IMG/VR virus record: IMGVR_UViG_3300010354_000045
Location: 32,001 to 96,000 of that record
Direction: 5' to 3' (one strand)
DNA: 64,000 bases
From: a virus
This document shows, piece by piece, positions 58,728 through 64,000 of the stretch. Numbering within the stretch: the first letter of the stretch is position 1; each line of letters begins with the position of its first letter. Made by a program: the position numbers and the translations under genes. The notes beneath the pieces were generated by a model that saw only the letters and a program-made list of their open reading frames with translations, was not told the DNA's origin and searched no databases.

Positions 58728-60278
58728 ATGGCATATACTATAAACAAGTACAATGGAGCACAACTAACAGTCGTAGCTGACGGTACTATAGACACTACCT
58801 TAGATATCAAGCTGATTGGTAAAAATTATGCTGGATACGGCGAAGTTCAAAATGAAAATCTTGTGTTCATGCTTGAAAATTTTGCTAACGCTTCTCCACC
58901 GCCTAGGCCAATTTCTGGACAATTATGGTACGATACAGGATCTAGTAAATTAAAATTTTATGATGGTAGTAAGTTTAGAACAACTGGCGGGGCCGAGGTA
59001 AGTACAACTGCTCCTACAGGATTGACAGAAGGCGATTTTTGGTTTAATACTGCTACAAGACAATTATTTGCTTGGAGTTTAACCGGTGCTGCTAATGGAA
59101 CTGCTCCTGGATTTGTTCTAGTAGGACCACAATCAGTGGCAAACGCTGGAACTACTCAAATGAGGTCAAGAACTGTTGTTGGTCGTCCAGTAGGTAATCC
59201 AGCCGGCACCCCTTTTAATAGACCAATTATCGAAGCTGTAGTAAATGATGCAACTATATTCATTATTAATCCAGACGGTGACTTTGATCTTGATTCCACT
59301 AACCAAATAACTGGTTTTACAACAATTAAACAAGGGGTCACACTTTGTTATACAACAACAGGTGGGGGGAGCCTAGGACAAACTACATCTAGTCATAGAT
59401 TTTGGGGAACTGCTAGCAATGCAGAGCGTTTAGGTGGATATTTAGCTAGTGATTTTTCTAGATCCAATAATGCAGCATTTACAACATTAGTAAGTTTTTC
59501 TGATGCTGGTTTTACTGTTGGTGATGTTCCTAGATTGAGGGTGTTTAACGAAAGTGCATTAGTACCTACTATTCAAAATCAATTAAGTGATAAAATTGTA
59601 TTTCAAACAACAGTAGCATCGGCAACTAAAGTACCAATGCAATTAATTGGATTAAATATACTTCCGGGTACAGATGGCACAAATGACATTGGATCTTTAA
59701 CTGCTGGGGCAGGTAACACTCCATTAAAGTTTAATAATGTATACGCTGCTAATTTTAAAGGACTTGCAGATTCAGCTAGTGCTCTAAGATTTAGTGGATC
59801 GGATATTTTCCCTGTAGATGCAGTAGGTGGTGGCGGAGTTACAACAGTAGCAGTTAGAGACGGAGTCGGCCATATTAAAGCTGTTCAATTTAACGGTGTT
59901 GCACTTCAAGCTCAATACGCTGACTTAGCTGAAAAATATCTCGCCGATCAAGAGTACGAACCCGGAACTGTTGTTACAGTCGGTGGAGAAAAAGAAGTAA
60001 CTCAGTCATCGAACGGATCGTTGGCAATTGGAGTAGTATCGACTAATCCTGCTTTTAAAATGAATAGTGATCTTGAAGGTGGAACATATATTGCACTAAA
60101 GGGTAGAGTACCAGTAAAAGTTTTTGGACCTATTAGAAAAGGAGAACACCTTTTAGCCGGCCAAGAAGGGTGCGCTGTGGCCGCAGGTTCATTATTGCAA
60201 TCTCGATTAGTATTTGCAGTTTCTTTAGAAGATAATACTAGTGATGGAATAAAATTAGTCGAATGTGTAATTCTCTAA
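58728..60278 (+). CDS. Tail fibre paralogue with C-terminal intramolecular-chaperone (peptidase G2-like) domain
   Basis: Same N-domain; YADLAEKY..EPGTVV...IGVVSTNPA..MN...ALKGRVPVKV.GPIRKG. Confidence 0.7.
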   Translation: MAYTINKYNGAQLTVVADGTIDTTLDIKLIGKNYAGYGEVQNENLVFMLENFANASPPPRPISGQLWYDTGSSKLKFYDGSKFRTTGGAEVSTTAPTGLTEGDFWFNTATRQLFAWSLTGAANGTAPGFVLVGPQSVANAGTTQMRSRTVVGRPVGNPAGTPFNRPIIEAVVNDATIFIINPDGDFDLDSTNQITGFTTIKQGVTLCYTTTGGGSLGQTTSSHRFWGTASNAERLGGYLASDFSRSNNAAFTTLVSFSDAGFTVGDVPRLRVFNESALVPTIQNQLSDKIVFQTTVASATKVPMQLIGLNILPGTDGTNDIGSLTAGAGNTPLKFNNVYAANFKGLADSASALRFSGSDIFPVDAVGGGGVTTVAVRDGVGHIKAVQFNGVALQAQYADLAEKYLADQEYEPGTVVTVGGEKEVTQSSNGSLAIGVVSTNPAFKMNSDLEGGTYIALKGRVPVKVFGPIRKGEHLLAGQEGCAVAAGSLLQSRLVFAVSLEDNTSDGIKLVECVIL

Positions 60279-60284
60279 TAAATA
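60278..60284 (+). promoter_or_regulatory. Late promoter ATAAATA
   Basis: Upstream of ATG 60312, in an A-rich context. Confidence 0.45.
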
Positions 60285-60311
60285 AAAAAATATTGAAAAA
60301 AGGATCTTAAA

Positions 60312-61628
60312 ATGCCAACAGGTGTAGGACAAAAAATAGAAGCGCAGCATTATAATGATATACAAGGTATCATTAATCCGATATTAGGTCGTTCGTATAA
60401 TCCTTTCAATGCTGCATATAATTTAGGATATGATAATGTACCTGTTGCATCTCAAGTAGCACAACTTGCTATTATTAGTGCTCAACAATGGGCTAATTTA
60501 AGAACTGATATTTCTAGAGCCAGGGGCCATCAAACAGGAACAGATTTACTTGCTGCTGCCACCCCGGGCGCATTAACAGTACCGAATCCAAGTGTGGCAA
60601 TTACTGCAACCATTTCTGGAACTACTATGACAGTAACTGCTGTTACTGGCGGAAATATTCAATTAACATCAGAATTAACATTTACAACTAACGGTCAACC
60701 AATAGGCGGTGCCGGAACAAAAACAACTATAGTTTCTCAAACTAGTGGAACTTCTGGTAGCACAGGAAATTATACAATTAGTCGTACTTTATCAATAGGC
60801 GTGGCCACTGCTATAACTGCTACGCTTTTTGTTAAGATATCCGAAGCAGATAGAAGTGCATATCAGGTTATGGCAGAAGCAGCTAGAGACAACAGATTAA
60901 TTGGTCCCGGAGCAAGCATTAATCAAATTCCTGGAACACGAAGTGCTGTTGTAAATCTTTTTACACCCAGTGTTAGAACTGCGGTATGGAATGGAACAGT
61001 GCAAGAAACAATTACAGTTAGATTTCCTGCTGAAACTAGCGGAACTGTTCCTAACACTCAACCACCCGGTCATATAAGGGCTTTTTTTAATACAGGCGGA
61101 GAAATACTTTTTTCAGCATCGTTTGTACCAAATAATTCAGAAACAAAAAATACATCTTGGCAAACTTTATGTAGTCAATTAGGTACGATCCGATTTGGTA
61201 GAGATGCAATTGATGCAGGGTCTAACACTTCAATAACAACAGTGACAACAGCAGCAGTTGGTTATAGTAATCTAACACAATCAGGTTCACCTCCGGCACT
61301 TCTAGTTGAAAGAAAATTAGTGCAAGTTACTACAAATCCACCAGCTGATGTAGGAAATTATTTTCCAAATTCTATTAGATTGTACGGGTTTAAAACATTA
61401 AATTCTGGCGGTTACGATATTCTAACGTTTTACTTGCAATTTAGAGACGATGCTGCCGCCGACACACCACCGACTCCGGCAGTGTTCCCTGACACACCTA
61501 TAGACGAAGATGTCAATGGAACGTTAACATCAACTGTTTCTTGTCGTTATGCTGCTAATGCAACTTATATTCAAGTAAGTCCTCCAACTAGCGCAAATAC
61601 CGGTTCAAGCACAACCGGAATTGTCTAA
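60312..61628 (+). CDS. Virion structural protein
   Basis: 438 aa, Thr-rich; RAFFNTGGEI motif; AAGGA SD. Confidence 0.55.
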   Translation: MPTGVGQKIEAQHYNDIQGIINPILGRSYNPFNAAYNLGYDNVPVASQVAQLAIISAQQWANLRTDISRARGHQTGTDLLAAATPGALTVPNPSVAITATISGTTMTVTAVTGGNIQLTSELTFTTNGQPIGGAGTKTTIVSQTSGTSGSTGNYTISRTLSIGVATAITATLFVKISEADRSAYQVMAEAARDNRLIGPGASINQIPGTRSAVVNLFTPSVRTAVWNGTVQETITVRFPAETSGTVPNTQPPGHIRAFFNTGGEILFSASFVPNNSETKNTSWQTLCSQLGTIRFGRDAIDAGSNTSITTVTTAAVGYSNLTQSGSPPALLVERKLVQVTTNPPADVGNYFPNSIRLYGFKTLNSGGYDILTFYLQFRDDAAADTPPTPAVFPDTPIDEDVNGTLTSTVSCRYAANATYIQVSPPTSANTGSSTTGIV

Positions 61629-61684
61629 TATCTGATAGTTAAAAGATAATTATGTAGTGTTATTAAAACTCTACAGGTTTATCT

Positions 61685-62035
61685 ATGGACGAAAAAATTG
61701 AAAAAGCATTGTCTGTAGCCAATTATATGGCTACACTTTCTAATCAAAGAAGGATCATCTTTGAAGAATTTAATCAAAAAACTTTGTATTATATAAACGG
61801 TGCAACCTTTAAAATTACACCAAATTTAATTTCTCATGCTAAAACTACAGTTGATCTAGGTTATACTTCCGACGTAGCATTTTTAGATTCAAATAACTTT
61901 CCAATTATTATAAATGATGTTCAAAAATTTCTTGAAGATATCCAAGAAATTTATTTTTCTGCATTAAATGAATACGCAGTCAAGTATACAGATATAAAAT
62001 CTAAAAGAAAAATAGACGATATTATAAATCTATGA
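61685..62035 (+). CDS. Hypothetical protein (possible fibre assembly helper)
   Basis: 116-aa ORF coupled to the next gene. Confidence 0.5.
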   Translation: MDEKIEKALSVANYMATLSNQRRIIFEEFNQKTLYYINGATFKITPNLISHAKTTVDLGYTSDVAFLDSNNFPIIINDVQKFLEDIQEIYFSALNEYAVKYTDIKSKRKIDDIINL

Positions 62036-62880
62036 ACGTTGGCGCTGTTATAATTGCTCAAAATAATCAACTAATTGATTATACTAAGTTGGCAGTTTTT
62101 TCTGCTAGTAGGGTAAAAAAATATTTAGGTATACCTGTATCGTTAATTACAGATAATGTACAATGGTTATCTGAAGAATATCCAAACCACCCTTTTGAGA
62201 ATGTAATAGAGATACCGTTCTATGATGTTTTTTCTATGAAAGAATTCAATGACGGCTCTTTCTCGGCATCAACTCACGAATGGAAAAATTTATCTAGGCC
62301 TAAAGTCTACGAATTGTCTCCTTATGATAAGACTCTTGTTATCGATAGCGATTATATTATTTGTTCTGATAATTTAAAAAATGCTTTGGATTTAGATTAT
62401 CATTTGCAGATTTATAAAACTAGTTTAGATTTAGCCTATTTAAGAAACACAGGAGAGTTTGATAGAATCAATTGTTATTCTATACCATTTTATTGGGCAA
62501 CAACTTTTATTTTTCAAAAAAATTTAGTTACTGAATCTTTTTTTAATTTAGTGTCGTATATTCAAACAAATTGGTTATATTTTAGATCATTATATAATAT
62601 ACAGAGTCCTGCATTTAGAAATGATTTTGCTTTTAGCATAGCAATACATATCATGAACGGAAAGACCAATGGGGAATTTGCTATTGATCTTCCAGGTAAA
62701 ATGAATTTTTTATTAGATAAAGATTTTCTAATGTCTATAGATAACGATAAAATAAAATTTCTTGTAAGTAAAAAAGATCATTACGGAGAATATATTTTAG
62801 GATCTACAAAAGGATTAGATGTTCATGTTATGAATAAACAAAGTTTAACTAGAGTTATTGATGGGGTATTAGGTGTCTAA
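62032..62880 (+). CDS. GT-A fold glycosyltransferase-like protein
   Basis: LSPYDKTLVIDSDY (DxD), FYWAT, FRNDFAFSIA. Confidence 0.6.
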   Translation: MNVGAVIIAQNNQLIDYTKLAVFSASRVKKYLGIPVSLITDNVQWLSEEYPNHPFENVIEIPFYDVFSMKEFNDGSFSASTHEWKNLSRPKVYELSPYDKTLVIDSDYIICSDNLKNALDLDYHLQIYKTSLDLAYLRNTGEFDRINCYSIPFYWATTFIFQKNLVTESFFNLVSYIQTNWLYFRSLYNIQSPAFRNDFAFSIAIHIMNGKTNGEFAIDLPGKMNFLLDKDFLMSIDNDKIKFLVSKKDHYGEYILGSTKGLDVHVMNKQSLTRVIDGVLGV

Positions 62881-63706
62881 AGGATTTGTTGTATTAGCAC
62901 AAGGTGAGTCTTATATTAGGCAGGCTTATGCATTGGCACTGTCAATTAAGTTTAGTCAAAAAACTTATAAGAATATTTCTATTATCACTAATGACGTAGT
63001 ACCGGATGAATATCAACATATTTTTGATAAAATTATCACAATACCTTGGGGTGATGATTCTAATCAAAGTAGATATCGTGCTGAAAATAGATGGAAGATT
63101 TATCATGCAAGTCCTTATAATGAAACAATAGTACTTGATACCGACATGTTAGTCCTTGAAGATATATATTCATGGTGGGATTACTGTTCAAAATATCCAA
63201 TTCATTATTGTTCAAATATTAAAAATTATAAATTAGAGTCTGTAATAGATACTATTCACAGAAAGGCATTTATTCATAATAAACTAACAAGTCCATATTC
63301 AGCATTGCACTATTTTAAAAAATCTGACGAAGCATGGAATTTTTATAAAACTTTAGAATTTGTTTGTAAAAACTGGGAATATTGTTATACCATCTTTGCG
63401 CCAAATGAATATCAAAATTGGCTTAGTATGGATTTAGCTGCGGCTATTGCTATAGAAATAACAGGTATGCATAATATAGCAATAGGTAAATTTTCACCTT
63501 TAGAGTTTGTTCATATGAAAATACCTTTACAAGGATGGACTATGATTCCCGAATCATGGAAAGATAATGCACCTTATTTTTTAAATTCTAAGGGTGATTT
63601 AGTAGTAGGGAATATTAAACAAACAAAGATTTTTCACTATGTAGAAAAAGAATTTTTAACCAATAGGATCATTTTTCAATTTGAAAGATTATTAAATAAT
63701 GAATGA
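62873..63706 (+). CDS. GT-A fold glycosyltransferase-like protein (paralogue)
   Basis: ASPYNETIVLDTDM (DxD), FVHMK, FHYVEK; GTG start. Confidence 0.6.
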   Translation: MSKGFVVLAQGESYIRQAYALALSIKFSQKTYKNISIITNDVVPDEYQHIFDKIITIPWGDDSNQSRYRAENRWKIYHASPYNETIVLDTDMLVLEDIYSWWDYCSKYPIHYCSNIKNYKLESVIDTIHRKAFIHNKLTSPYSALHYFKKSDEAWNFYKTLEFVCKNWEYCYTIFAPNEYQNWLSMDLAAAIAIEITGMHNIAIGKFSPLEFVHMKIPLQGWTMIPESWKDNAPYFLNSKGDLVVGNIKQTKIFHYVEKEFLTNRIIFQFERLLNNE

Positions 63707-64000
63707 AGATATTGTTTACATACCACAACCTGAATCGTTAAGGTATTATGTATATTATAATAAAGACACTGGCAGAATAGATGGGATATCTTGTGGACTC
63801 CTTACATTAAAAGGTTTTGAAACATATTTAGAGATATCTTCAACATTATACGAAAAGTTAGATAAGAGTGCTGGAAAATTAGAAAAATATGTAGTTGCAC
63901 TAGATCCTAATTCTTCCATGCAACAGAATGGCAGTACATTTATTGAAACAGATAAAATTATATCTCCAGAAGTAGTTGATAAAATCACAAAAGAAACTGC
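63699..64000 (+). CDS. Hypothetical protein, truncated by the window edge
   Basis: ATG 63699 overlaps the end of the previous gene. MNEDIVYIPQPESLRYYVYYNKDTGRI... stays open to 64000. Confidence 0.65.
   Translation, partial: MNEDIVYIPQPESLRYYVYYNKDTGRIDGISCGLLTLKGFETYLEISSTLYEKLDKSAGKLEKYVVALDPNSSMQQNGSTFIETDKIISPEVVDKITKET

Noticed and set aside
1-64000. Alternative genetic code, tRNAs, integrase/IS, DGR
   Set aside because: Genes read through intact with the standard code. No cloverleafs, recombinase, transposase or reverse transcriptase were seen. The duplicated blocks show no adenine-specific variation.

Overview
Virion-morphogenesis region of a large T4-like (contractile-tail) dsDNA phage, AT-rich and densely coding with the standard code. 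Minus strand, 1-19.0 kb: fibre/decoration genes, the head module (gp23, gp22, frameshifted gp21, acidic core protein, gp20 portal) and a probable tape measure. 19.0-21.3 kb: a gp26-like chaperone with a hidden -1-frame extension, then a probable internal virion protein. Minus strand, 21.3-26.1 kb: a sigma70-driven operon (gp55, gp47, gp46, small basic protein, GIY-YIG nuclease) ending in a ~490-nt highly structured non-coding element. Plus strand, 26.2-64 kb: baseplate genes (gp48/54-like, gp53, hub, gp5, gp25, gp6, a 4599-aa wedge protein), an S8 protease, four paralogous fibres and two glycosyltransferase-like genes. NTAAATA late promoters precede most structural units. Best leads: the GIY-YIG-linked structured element (ncRNA or origin), a T TTT TTC -1 frameshift at the end of gp26, abutting early/late promoters at gp55, and two structured 5' leaders. 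All assignments come from reading motifs by eye; no searches were run.
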